DNA of 63,901 nucleotides, counting the filler, from Diploschistes diacapsis (lineage: Eukaryota), in the NCBI GenBank assembly GCA_023645945.1. It is 11 parts of 11 records of this genome, joined end to end, with 100 filler letters (N's around TTAATTAATTAA, not from the genome) between each part and the next. Parts side by side here need not be neighbours in the genome. Positions count along the whole stretch, not along the records: positions 34,857 to 58,297 come from JALAIB010000264.1; positions 58,398 to 60,166 come from JALAIB010002640.1; positions 60,267 to 62,034 come from JALAIB010002641.1; 8 more parts are not named here. One strand, written 5' to 3'. The notes beneath the pieces were generated by a model that ran no database searches, was not told where the DNA came from, and saw only the letters and a program-made list of their open reading frames with translations. Positions 49,340 through 61,670 of the stretch are shown here, piece after piece; position 1 is the stretch's first letter, and each line of letters starts with the position of its first letter. Both the position numbers and the translations under genes were made by a program.

Positions 49340-50958
49340 ATGGTTCATGGTGCTGAGAATGCCAACATGGTGGACAAGGAGAAGCTTGATGCGAGCACGG
49401 ACTCTCCGGGATCTCCAATTGAACGGCCTGCCTTCTCCCGCGATGAGGAGAAAGCTCTCGTGCGCAAACTCGACCTGCGCCTTCTTCCGCCCATGACACT
49501 GCTGTATCTCCTCTCTTTCCTCGATCGCTCTAACGTTGCCAATGCCCGGATTGAAGGTCTGGCAACGGACCTGCGCATGAGCGGAGACCAATACCTGACC
49601 GGTCTGACGCTGTACTTCATCGGCTATGTGCTCTTCGAGATCCCTTGCAACATCGTCCTGAAGAAGACGTCGCCAAAGGCATGGCTGCCTACGCTGACTC
49701 TCGTGTGGGGAGTAGTGGCTACGCTCACGGGAGTAACCCAAAACCTAGGAGGCTTTTACGCTGCAAGGTTCTTCCTCGGGGCAGCTGAGAGTGGTCTGTT
49801 CCCAGGAATTGTCTTCTTTCTTTCGATGTGGTCGGTACTCCTACCGTATCTTTTGGCCCCAAACAACTAACGTTTGGTAGGTACACCAGGCCGGAGCAGC
49901 ACTTCCGCGTCGCGCTTCTTCAGCGTTGCTTCGCTAGCAGGAGCATTTGGTGGGATTTTGGCCTATGTGAGCGTTTTTGTTGCTTTGTACACTTACGAAA
50001 CGCTCTTACAACGCAGGGAATCTCATTCATGAAAGGTGTCGGTGGCCTCGCCGGCTGGCGCTGGATCTTCATCCTCGAGGGCCTCCTTACCGTCCTCGTG
50101 TCCTGCGCCGCCTACGTCTTCGTCCCCAATTACCCCCTCACAGCACGTTTCCTCAGCGTCTCGGAGCGCAGGCAAGTCTTCCAACGCCTCGCCACTGGCG
50201 ATTCCGCACGCTCCGAAGCCTTTAGCTGGGCCGGCGTGCTCGCCGCCCTCAAAGACCCCAAGTGCTGGCTCTATGGGCTCACCTTCCACAGCCTCTCCCT
50301 ACCACTCTACACCCTCTCGCTGTTCCTACCCACCATCATCGCACAGCTCGGCTTTTCCGCCGCACAAGCTCAACTCCTCACCATCCCACCCTACGCCATC
50401 GCAACGGCCTTCACAATCACCGCGGCCGTGGTCTCAGAGCGCACCAAGATGCGCGCCCCCTTCATCCTCGGCCCCGCCCTCCTCGCAATAGCAGGGTACA
50501 TCCTCCTCCTCTCCATCCCATCCACGGTCTCACCGGGCGCCGCCTATGTGGGCACTATTCTCGCCGCAGCGGGCATCTACCCGGCCTGCGCAATCGCCCT
50601 GTCCTGGCCCGCGAACAACGTCTCGGGGCAGACGAAACGGGCCACGGCGTGCGCGATGCAGATCAGTATCGGCAACCTCGGAGCCGTGATCGGGACGCAG
50701 CTGTACAGGACGGAGTATGCGCCGAGGTTCTTCGTGGGGCATGGGGTGGCGTGCGGGTATATGGTTGGAAACCTGATGGCTGCTGGGGTGCTGTGGGCGG
50801 TGCTGGCGAGGGCGAACCGAGAGAAGGAGAGGGCGTTGCGGGAACGAGGCGCTGGGCTTCGGATAGGTGGTGGGGATGTTGTGCGGGGTGAGGGGACGGA
50901 GACGGAAGGCAAGGGCTTGAGTGGGGACGAGGATCCGGTGTGGAAGTTCCAGACTTGA
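49340..50958 (+). CDS. MFS transporter (anion:cation symporter, Tna1/Dal5-like) with an apparent frameshift near 49915
   Basis: KLDLRLLP, LDRSNVANA, RFFLGAAESG, GWRWIFILEG, GQTKRA. Exon 2 lacks 2 nt relative to the expected ALFFSVASLAGAFGG frame. Confidence 0.88.
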
Positions 50959-51661
50959 TTGGATGGTAGGGAATCATCCACATAGTCAATTCTCCATTTT
51001 CTATAGTAGTCTGCTGAAGAGGGGAACAAGATGTCTACGTGTATTAGAAACACCCGAGATCCGGCACTGCCGAGCTGGATACAGCGCCGCGGAAACGGTT
51101 TCCCCATTTGCGAACAAGACCTGCTAGGGTGGATGGATGAGGTAAAGTATATGTGGCCTAGGTTAATCGAGTTACGTATCCCAACTCATGTAGAGCAGGA
51201 GACAAAGAGCCAACAAAGCTTAGAGTATGATCTATCCATGTCAAGAGGTGATGGCTGATATATATGTATGTAGTAGATCGGCACAACCCGGTGCAAAGCC
51301 CCCGCACCTCCCCCAAAACGCCCGCTTTATTTGCCAAAGTGACCGCGCCCGGTGCTCCAGCATGCCCGTTTCTATCGAGCAGGCATTCTTTTCCCTTCCC
51401 CTTCCCTATCAAGTTACTGACACTGGAGATTCCTCCATCTGTCTTTGTGCCAAAAGGACATTTCTGCTGAAATTCGTCAAAAAAGCAGTACGTGCTGCAT
51501 CATTACACAATCGTGCCGGCAACAAGCTCGCTACTCTTATCTCAGAAGATTCGGGAAACCGACTTGGATGGCACCCACTCTAGCAACACCGTTACACCTG
51601 CCTGGCACAAAGTCAATTTCAATCTGATGGTTGTACGAATTTCGCTGGATGCTTCACCATC

Positions 51662-52445
51662 ATGCCGTATGAAGAGCCCACCAATATCTTCAGATTCTCT
51701 GCCCAAGCCCGCTGCAATGGCTGCCAGGAGCATGACCTGAAATGCTTTTCGGACGAGGACGACGAGAAGTGCTTGTCCTGCGCAGCTGCGGACCGCGAGT
51801 GCAGATATGCCAGGCTCATCACGATCAACGGCCCTAGAGAGCTTAAGAAGTTTCACGCAGTGTGCAGAGACGCGATGTTAGTGGGTGATCCATTAACTTC
51901 GCATACTTTCGATCAGCAGCCCCTTTCGGAAGGGCTTGAGCCTCTGTCGAGACTTGCCGGCATTCTCGCAATGCCACCGGCCATGCAAGACCTGCGCAGA
52001 CGTGGTGCCTGCGACAGTTGTAGAAAGTCAAAATCCAAGGTAATTCGCTGGATTGAGTGAGCGGCCAAGGTACTGACGACGACTTGCCTAGTGTTCTCTG
52101 GACCATCCTCTGCCGACCATGGAGTATTCAAAGATCTCGCGGCCTGTCGGTGCTAACAATGATGCATCATCGCCCGGCTCCATAGCTTCGGAAAAACCTC
52201 GAACTCGTCACTCCTGCAGCGAGTGTGACGCAACGTTCTCGCGGTCTTTTGCTCTTAAGCGGCACATGCAAAGACACGCTGGCAGCAAGTTCAGCTGCCC
52301 CATCATTGACTGCGGTTTCTTTTCTCATCGGAAAGATGGTCTGAATCAGCACATCATGAACAAACACCGTCCATTAGACACGCCCCGACAGGACAGGTCC
52401 TCATTGGCCTCAGTCGAGCGAATAGAGAACCAACTATTAGGGTGA
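51662..52445 (+). CDS. Putative transcription factor with Zn2Cys6-like cluster(s) and two C2H2 fingers, 1 intron
   Basis: CNGCQEHDLKC..CLSCAAADREC; ACDSCRKSKSK|C (intron about 52040-52091); CSECDATFSRSFALKRHMQRH and CPIIDCGFFSHRKDGLNQHIMNKH. Confidence 0.7.
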
Positions 52446-54990
52446 AATGGGATTACCACCAGCTGAGATTGTAACTTGGAGCCATTTTCTGGCCTTGAAG
52501 GATCGAACCGGAGTGTCTGAGATCGTGGGTATCTTATGTGACGAACGCCCGAAAGTTGTGCTATCAAGTTTTCGTTTGCTCCGAGCGAACTATTTTCCGA
52601 GGGACTTTCAGGTCCTTAAAGGATGCGTTTACAAACAACGCAAGTCTCTTCCCCCTAAGACTTTCCCCGCTGAAGCCGGGTACTGCGTCTCCTGGCCCTG
52701 GTCCTCTGCGCTGCATTTGCGACACCCTCTACCAGGTCTGGCAGCACGCATAGGACGACATCATAGCATGCGCGAGGGCCCCTGAGAGCTATGATCACAG
52801 GTGCTGCGACGTGTCCGCCTCCGACAAACGTAATTCGCAGGCCTCTATGAGAGGCTTCTTCAATTATGTGGATGGGCTAGAGGCGGTCTGTAACGTGTCC
52901 GGGACGAAGAGCAGCCGCTGCCGGGCCAGCTCAATGGGTAGAAACCAAAGGGTCTGCTGTTGCGGTGGGAAAGAGACGTTGGGCTATGATATTTCATATA
53001 TCGTGCTCTGCTGAGGAGCAGCGATGGGGGTTCGAGCATGGTAGCACCATGCTCGATTTCGTGGACTCAGCAGCGGAGGGATAGATTACCGAGAGTGTCC
53101 AAGAGATGTGGGGGGTATTTGGTTGCCAATGGAAGAGACAACACATAATTGGTGCTGTAGTTTTCGGCGGAATTCTCTGCACGGGAGAATGTCTACAATA
53201 CCATACTACATGCCGTCTGACTGCTCTTTGTAGGTTGCACGAGGCCTTCCTGCCTCGGTCTACCATGATTACATTCCTCTTCAAGCCACCCACCCCCGAG
53301 ATATCCCCCCCAATCACCATTGACGCATGATGAATAAACCGGTCCAAGCTCCATCAGAAAGACATTATCGATCCCAAAATCATTTTGTAAAGCACGGGAA
53401 AGGGAGGCCAAAAAAAAGTCAATATTGCAGCACAGTTGCTCTCGCTATATTCAAAAGGCAGCCAGCCGGCTAGCGATTCGAACTGTGGGATTGCCCCACA
53501 AAATATATATACAAATTTACAGAAATGAAAAAGTTATGGGCATCCTCGAGCGCTTAGAGAAGGTAGCGATATGAAGGTAACCCATGGATCGATCTCGACG
53601 CAGGGGGCGACACGGGAACTGCTGCCATCAGGATGACGGATCCGGGTCATGGATTCCAATGTGGTGAATCCTGGATTTGGCATTTAGGATTGATTATAGG
53701 GGAGGGGGGGAATTATATTCTCTGCTCTACACGGACTTGGCGAGCGGAGAGTAAGATCCGAAAGGACTGGGCTAGGGCTTACGTCACAGCACTTGAAACT
53801 TCCAGCTGGAATCCCACAACAACTATGCTCTTGGGAATATTTAACACATTTTTCCCTGCTTCTGTGCACGTTCGTCAATAACCCGCGAGCTCGGAATGAA
53901 AAGACCATCAGATCAGCTCGTAGTTTCATGGATATACGATATACTATATACTGCGGTAAGGCGGTAAGGCGGTAAGGCGCCAAGGCACGTGATTATAAAT
54001 ATTAGGTTCCATCTTGGCAGCCCACGTGATCCGGTTTTGATGAGTTTTTGTAATGACTGACCCGTCCATAATACTCTGATAACATATCATAAAACTTTTT
54101 CAGTGCTGCAGCAGCAGCAGCAACTGCAGCATATTTCTAACAAGCTTTCGAAGCTGATCTTTAGATCCCACAGACAATCTTCTGAATCTTTTGAACATCC
54201 ATCATGGCCCAAATCAAGCACCCATTGAAGGAGGTTCCGTATACTCAACACATAATCAAACAACATGATATCCCATCGGGCCCGAGAAGCGATAATATTA
54301 ACGGTATAATTATCGGCTGAGATTACTATCGGAAAAAAGAATTTGTAGTTTTGTTTCGGTTCCGGAAAAGCTAGCTGACCAACAATGGACACGGCAATCA
54401 TTCGAGCAACTTCGAGCAACATCACCCAGCCACTCACCAGCTCTGCTCTTTGCGGCTGATGAACCATCAGTTTGCTCGCCTTGGCTCCGAGTCCAGTCAT
54501 ATGCGGCCCTTGGAGAGAATGCGGCGGGATGCCAAACTTCCTTCTGCGGAGGACGCGATGGAGGAGCCTTTGCTTTGCTTTGGATCCTTTACATTCCGGC
54601 CAGGCTTACCTCCTACACCTGCAAGCCGGTAGGGTATGACTTTTAAGATTATGCTTGCATGCATACATCTCCCGACCCATTCCTTTCCTGCACTCTTCTT
54701 GTTCTCTTTCTGTCGTCTGGGGGAGTATGCTTCCTGCTAGTTTGGCGGAAGCTGCTGCTTCCAAGCTCTTTCTTGACATCTAACCATTTTCATCTGTGTC
54801 CGTAGAGCCGTTGTTCCTTATTATGTCGTGGGCCCATGTCTGTGGATGGCCTCGTTCGATATTAGCAGGCAGGAAGAAAGCAGAGGAGTCATGGCGGCCA
54901 AGCGGTAAGATAACACCGGAATCCGCAACGCACCGTTGGACTGACAATAAAGAACCGACGAGGCAGACTTCATACAACACATCGCCGGGC

Positions 54991-56667
54991 ATGGCTTATA
55001 GGCCGTCGCTACAAAGGTCGCAGACCGATGCTCATCAAAGCTATCCAGCCCTGCCTCCTACCCCGAGCTCGTTCCACAAGGAGTGGCCAGGATCTCGACA
55101 ATCGCTTGAACGTCCTTCGAGCAAAGGTAGCTTCATGACGACCACATCGTACAAAAGTCGAAATCCTGCCATGCAGTTCCGTCGTCCCACTATAAGTGGG
55201 CCGAGCGACTTTCGCAAGCTTGAGGGAGCTATGGAAGGCACGGCAAGCTCGGGCCTACGGAACACTGAAACGGCGACGCCTATTAAAAAGCCTGATGCTA
55301 TCGTAGCACCGCCGTTCTATCCGTTGGAATCGCAGATACATACGGATGGTGCTTGTTCAAGCCCGATGCCCACATTTTCTCGCCCACCTTCCGGGATGCC
55401 TGGCCTGCCTCCTAGAAGCTCGTCGCTTCCTCAGGTCAACCTTCGCCGAAAGCCCGTATCAATACCGTTGCCAGTCCGGCCCTCTACCCAACACGAAGCT
55501 CAAAAGAAGCTTGTCTCGCCTGTGGTGGAAGAAGGGGTTCGCAAGCTACGTTCAGCCCCGATGTCCAAGCTCGAGGCAGAGATCTACGATCTTGAAGATG
55601 CATCCGAGACCAGCGAGGAGTCGGAGGAAGATGACGAACCAGATTCGCCTGCCGAGGAGGAACCCGTGGAGAAAGAGGCAGTTATGCGTACGCAATCGTT
55701 TTATGCACACAAGGGAGCACCCCTTTTGCCTTTGACCTTGGATGAATTACCGCTTTTGCCTGCGGAAGCCTTCTCGGCTCTCCCGCCCTCTCCTCAAGCA
55801 CCTTTACAAGTTTCACAGCAACAGCATCTCGGTCGTTTCCCACCTTCGAGTGTTGAAATCCAGGAGCAGGAATACGTTCCACAGCGACGTCGTTCGCTTA
55901 TCACTACGCCCCCGCTCTCGCCCACGGCTTCGAAATCAGCGCAGATGCCAAGCCTCAACGCTTCCCCTGTAGAACTGGGGGCTAAAGAAGACGTTCTCCG
56001 CGTCTACGCGCAGCGCAATGCCATGCAGGCACGCATTGGAAACGGGCAGATGCGACTCCCTAAATCACATTCCAAAGGTCGACGCTCCCCTGCGCCCAAA
56101 TCGCCCATCTCTCCCAATTTCGACAGCCGCCCTCGCCCGAACTCGGCAGCCAAGACATTCATCACGGCTACTGAATCCAAGCACAACTCCTCGACCTCCC
56201 TGGCTTCCATCGCATCCGAGACTTCTCTTTCCAGCTTCAACAGCGGCACACCTACGAACGAGGGCACCACCGGAGCTCAGAGTATGGGATTCGAAATCCT
56301 CAAACCAGTCGCCATGAAACGCACATCGACTCAGTCTGTGAACGCGCCAGTACCGGCCTTTACGCTAGTTGATGCCCTTCCTACGCCAGTTCCACGGGCT
56401 CTCGTCCGTCCATCGCTGACTTCGTCCTGTTCGACCGAGTACTTTACCGGTTCCGTGCAGACACCACGACCTACGGTGAAGAGAAGCAAGACCATAAGCG
56501 AAGGCCCAACCCTGTCCCCGCAGTTAGATCAGCTCGGACCGATGGGCTGGGGCCAAGTCGTCAAGGCCAACCCACGACTAATAACGGTTCGGCAAAAACA
56601 TCCGGGAAAGAGCGAGAAGGAGGAATGGGGGAAAGGGCTCGGTGCTGAATGGGGCGTTGTTTACTAA
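54991..56667 (+). CDS. Pro/Ser-rich, largely disordered hypothetical protein
   Basis: Uninterrupted ORF from ATG 54991 with an acidic patch and RRPTISGPSDFR. Confidence 0.7.
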   Translation: MAYRPSLQRSQTDAHQSYPALPPTPSSFHKEWPGSRQSLERPSSKGSFMTTTSYKSRNPAMQFRRPTISGPSDFRKLEGAMEGTASSGLRNTETATPIKKPDAIVAPPFYPLESQIHTDGACSSPMPTFSRPPSGMPGLPPRSSSLPQVNLRRKPVSIPLPVRPSTQHEAQKKLVSPVVEEGVRKLRSAPMSKLEAEIYDLEDASETSEESEEDDEPDSPAEEEPVEKEAVMRTQSFYAHKGAPLLPLTLDELPLLPAEAFSALPPSPQAPLQVSQQQHLGRFPPSSVEIQEQEYVPQRRRSLITTPPLSPTASKSAQMPSLNASPVELGAKEDVLRVYAQRNAMQARIGNGQMRLPKSHSKGRRSPAPKSPISPNFDSRPRPNSAAKTFITATESKHNSSTSLASIASETSLSSFNSGTPTNEGTTGAQSMGFEILKPVAMKRTSTQSVNAPVPAFTLVDALPTPVPRALVRPSLTSSCSTEYFTGSVQTPRPTVKRSKTISEGPTLSPQLDQLGPMGWGQVVKANPRLITVRQKHPGKSEKEEWGKGLGAEWGVVY

Positions 56668-57550
56668 AGCGGCCCGACGGGGGAAATATTAAGGGTTTTC
56701 ATTTCTCTGTACCTTTTTCTTGTTGAATACCCACTGTAGCGCATTCAGGTTCGACATTGCATTAAAACGACTATCTATATAACATAGGAACGAGAGAGAT
56801 TTCTAGCAACGGCGCTCGGTATGCGCGCTTTCTGGTCAAGCCAGTTATGGTGAAGGGACTGGGTTGCGGATACCGGACACGGCGCCATAACCGATTCGTC
56901 CTTGAGCAGATCCGCTATGACCGTTCTTTCGCTCTACTTTAATAACACTGGGGTAGGATTTATAGGATGGGGGGAAACAGCTGTTTTGGAGGTCGGCATC
57001 ACAGTCGTGGACGCTTCGAGGATTCATTTGCCACTACAAGAGGAATGGCACACGGGGGGATCAATAGGTAGATGGTCAGGATCGTTGAGACAGTCTCAAC
57101 AGAAGTAAAGAGCAGTCCCATAGGACTGACTCTTGATGCCAATCGCACATGGCTCCGGATCTTTGCACTCCAACATTCGCCGTAAGCATGAGGTATCTGA
57201 CCTTCTTAATAGAAATACTGCCAATTATTCGCATTTCGGGAAAGCTCCCCTTTCCCATCAACTGTTTCCATTATCGTGGTATCACACGTCCACCCACAAC
57301 CCTTGGTGTTACCCGGATGGTTGTAATCAGCTGCCCTGACGCATTCTGCAAACGACCGCCTGCTAAAGCTGCTAGACTTGCCGTTGCGTCAGCTTTTCCC
57401 CTGTATCAAGTTTTCCCAGTGTGGTTGAGTCGAGAAAGAAGCGAAGCGGACGGGGGCTCAGAATTGTATTCACCCCGAACTGTACATAACCAAAGGATTA
57501 TTAACTTATCTATTCGTGCTAATCTGTTCTCGAAAGACATAAAGACACAT

Positions 57551-57579
57551 AGTAGTAGTAGTAGTAGTAGTAGTAGTAG
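57551..57579. repeat. (AGT)n microsatellite
   Basis: Run of AGT units read directly. Confidence 0.9.
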
Positions 57580-58795
57580 ATCCGCTATTCCTACCCAAAC
57601 CCCATTCTCGAGTGGAATGGGCTAGCCCTACTCCATGCTCTGTGACGTCCACGTCTCCACGTGCACGGTGGCGACTTAACCCCGCCCGATTTCATTTCAA
57701 CTGCCCTCTTCATCCCCCAAGCTGCAGCATCCACAAATCACACGAGCAACTCAATGAAATGTTTTATAGCACATGAGATAAGGCTCTCTCTTCCAACTCA
57801 ACCGGAGGGCCCCTTGAAGGTAGGCTCGGACAAGTGGCACCTCCCTGCACATGGGACTGACAAAGATCCCGTCAACAGCCCGGCTCAGCTAGAAAAAAGG
57901 TTGGGGGAGTGTCAGAATTGCGCTTCCCTCTCTTCCTATAGAGGGCAATCTAATTTGAACTGTTCGCGGTTGCGGGTAAGGGAAGAAGCGCTTGTAAGCG
58001 CATCATTACAGTATTATTCGGGTTCTCCGATATCGAGACTACTCCTTCTCGGGCTGTTGAGTCGGTCGGGAGAGATTCACACCTGCAACCCCTAACCCAG
58101 GGTCGCGACGTCGAAATACCTTAGGAGCCCCCCCCCTTCAAGTCCTTCAGTCCCTCCGTGCCCGGGGCAGGCCTTCCAGTCCACAGCCAGTTTGACATCC
58201 TTCACCGACACCAACCGAACCCAATCCCAGCCCAGCCGACCAACCTCGGTCAAACCAATCCAAGCATGGCCCCCTCGCCGCCCCCCTCCTCCTCTTCNNN
58301 NNNNNNNNNNNNNNNNNNNNNNNNNNNNNNNNNNNNNNNNNTTAATTAATTAANNNNNNNNNNNNNNNNNNNNNNNNNNNNNNNNNNNNNNNNNNNNAGA
58401 GGAGTGCAAGCAGGAGAAGAAGGTAGAGCAGTTACAGGTCTTAAATTGTTCTCTAGAAAGAAAGCTTTCTAATAATAGAAATAACGAATATAGATTAATC
58501 TCGAGCAATAATTTAAGATATTTATAAAAGTAAACACGTCTTAAACTTATAAAAACCATAGCGACGTTCTTATATAATTAACAGCTCTTTTAACAGAATA
58601 GATAAGTAAATAAATAGAATTACCGTTCTTTCTTTTTATTTACGACTAGGTAAAATAATCTTTAAAACTTTCTATTCATTACGTGACCCGTGTCACCCTG
58701 ATTGGACTATATATAAGGAATAGCTGGGAAGTGCCCGACTAGCTGTTGCGTGCCAAGTACTGCCGAACAGTACCTTGGATCGTAACATCTTATAG

Positions 58796-59705
58796 TATAA
58801 ACACAAGGCGCGCTGTCTAGGGAGACTTCCCTTGCTGTAGTAGGTAGGTAGTCGTAGGTGGTGTAGTAGGGGAATGTAGTGTGATTTCGTTGTCAATAGC
58901 ATACCTAGGTAGGACATTTGTGAGGTGTAGGATGCCTTGCTTGTCTAGAACTACCTAGCAGGCCTCCTTAAATGGAGCTGCCCTGTAGGGCCACTCCTAT
59001 TAAGTCTACGGCCTACTTTTATGTTTATATATGATTCCCCCTCTCGATAATTCGCTGCCCTATAACGAACTCTATATAGATCTTATTAACAAAAAACTTC
59101 CATCCGGCTATCTATATCTTAATATAATCTTATACCTTCCAGACAACCGAAATACTTAGAAGTTTATTATCCTTAATATTCTCTCCTTAACGTAACTATA
59201 CTTCTAAACGTAATAATACTCCTAAACCTATTCTTCTATATCCCACTCTCTCGAATCACGGTAGGACAGAAAAGCGGTAATTATCCAAAAATATTCCCAA
59301 CTTTTACCGTATTTCTACTATTCGTAAATACCTTTCTAAAGATATTCCTATTTTTTATAATATTTATACCATCCGTCAATATTCTTTTAGACAGGTACAA
59401 CCAGCAACACGTCCGCCTCTCTCATTTCTTTCCCTTTTCCTCTCCCGTCTCGTCACCATCAGCAAGGAGTCAACTACAAATAAACAAGTAGAAGAGCAGG
59501 TAAAGAAATTTATCACAAAATCAAGCAAGCAATAAAGCACAAGGCAAGCAAGTTAACACATAAAAAAGCAAACACGTAAGTAAGAAAGCACCTAATAGAC
59601 AGATAGGAAAGCAAGTTTACCAAAAAGTTAATAGACAACCGAACCGCTATATAAATAAATAGATTTTATTTTATTATAGTTATAGGCCCCTAGGGTCTTC
59701 TAATA
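58796..59705 (-). mobile_element. Second copy of the 3' LTR (58796-59029) and internal region of the 33369 family
   Basis: Colinear with 33369-34275, differing mostly by C/T and G/A changes. Confidence 0.8.
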
Positions 59706-60389
59706 CCCATTTTTTTTATCATGCTACCCACTCATTCCCGTTCCCTTCCTCCTTTTTTTCCCTAGATTCCACCTTTTTTAAACTGAGATCCAGATTATCT
59801 TCTTCTTCTTCATCCTCTTCCTCCTCTTCTTTCTCCTCCTCTTCGTCCGGAGGAGGCGCAAACCTCCTTATTTCCCAGTAATTTATTCCTTCCTTTATCA
59901 ATATCCCAAAAAAGCTCTTTTTAATAGAATTATATAGCTCCTATTCGGCTGATTTAATAATAAAGAAATGCTATTTTAGCGCTAAGGTTACCTTCTCGAT
60001 CCATTCTCGGAAGTAAATATTTTTAATTTCTAGCCTGAAAATCTTTATTTATTTTTTTATAATTAAAGGATCCGTCCATTTTCTTTTTTTTATTAAAACG
60101 TCCGAGATTGCCTCAAGCCCGGTAACCTAAATTACCGCTTTAAAGAAGTACGGTACGCTTTTATACNNNNNNNNNNNNNNNNNNNNNNNNNNNNNNNNNN
60201 NNNNNNNNNNTTAATTAATTAANNNNNNNNNNNNNNNNNNNNNNNNNNNNNNNNNNNNNNNNNNNNGTTATAACTCGTACGAATCGAGAAGGGTGTCCGC
60301 TGGCTATAAATATCCGCTCGCTATACATATACGTTATATAATCTCGTAATTTATCGTATTAAATTTATTCGATTCGATCTAACTCGTCT

Positions 60390-61670
60390 TGGAACATCCT
60401 GAACGTTTGTGGGTTCAAGGGTTGAACCCTGGTAGGGCGGGTAGGGCTGGCACCCAGACTATTTATTTGTGCCCTGCTCCCATCTAAATAGTTCCTTCTT
60501 CTTTACCTTTTCGAATCTGAACCATTCAGCCTACAGATTGCAGCTACACGTGATCCTTCCAGATTAGGCACAGCCCCTGGTTGTGTAGTATTCCTGTAAG
60601 GGCGTTCTACATTCGAAAAGGTCCTTCAGGGCTACCTGCTCGGCTCAGGACCTGAAATATTCAGTTTATATCACCTACCTACCTACCTACCTACCTACCT
60701 ACCTACCTACGAGAAAGAATCTAGACCTAATCTTATCTGATACTACCTACGCGAGCTGGCGCGTTTTTGAAGATGAAAGGTCTACGACACCTAAAAGCGA
60801 CGAAAAACCTTTTACGAACAAGCAAAAGATCGACGAATCAGAATCCTCGATCTAATTAGTATTCAGCTATGGCTATAACTAAAATGCTAAATCTAATCTT
60901 ATCTATCGCGATAAGATACTACCTAAGCGAATAACCTAATAATAATAAATCTACGACACACCCACTTAAAGCGACGAAAAGCTCCTATTAAGAATTTACG
61001 ACAAGCAGATCGACGAATCAGAAGCCACGATCTAATCAATTACGATAAAAAAACTTGAAATACCATACAAGTTTTTGAACCAGTCGAACCTTCACTTCAT
61101 CAACAAACAAACCTTCATTTCGCCACCTTTCGAAAGCGGTTTCTGCTGTCACGCCTACTGCTGCTACTACTGCTTTTCGCCCTGGGAGTTGCCTGTTTTT
61201 AGTATTATTGGTCTAATAGCACCCATTTACGACGCCGAAACTTGAGAGGAATAAGGTCGGGCACGTATCTACGTATAGTACGGGTTGAAGAAAATAGAGG
61301 GAAAAAAGACTGAACTAGGCCGAAAAGAGTATTAAGGTATGGGAAGACTAGGAGCAGATATCTGAACTAGGAAAAAAAAAATAAAAGTTTTGTTTTATTT
61401 TTGTTTTGTTTTATTGCTAAGAGACAGCAACAATTTAGAAAGAGGGATAGTAGAACATCCTGAACGTTTATGGGTTCAAGGGTTGAACCCTGGTAAGGCG
61501 GGTAGGGCTGGCACCCAGACTATTTATTTGTGCCCTGCTCCCATCTAGATAGTTCCTTCTTCTTTACCTTTTCGAATCTGAACCATTCAGCCTACAGAGT
61601 GCAGCTACACGTGATCCTTCCAGATTAGGCACAGCCCCTGGTTGTGTAGTATTCCTGTAGGGGCGTTCTA
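60390..61670 (+). mobile_element. Complete non-autonomous LTR element (TRIM-like), 1281 bp, two 220-bp LTRs
   Basis: LTRs at 60390-60609 and 61451-61670; TSD CGTCT at 60385-60389 and 61671-61675; PPT AGAAAGAGGGATAG before the 3' LTR; no internal ORF; (CCTA)n at about 60674-60710. Confidence 0.92.

Noticed and set aside
53461..53500. GTTCGAAT T-loop-like motif on the minus strand, suggesting a tRNA
   Set aside because: The flanks do not form a T-stem or cloverleaf.
55168..55220. ISGPSDFRK resembling a CRIB motif
   Set aside because: Lacks the conserved His residues and is too short to call.
35625..58297. Secondary-metabolite cluster (UPO, MFS, Zn-cluster TF) or Starship element
   Set aside because: No PKS, NRPS, terpene or RiPP backbone gene, no DUF3435 recombinase or element boundaries seen, and the tyrosinase is on a different contig.
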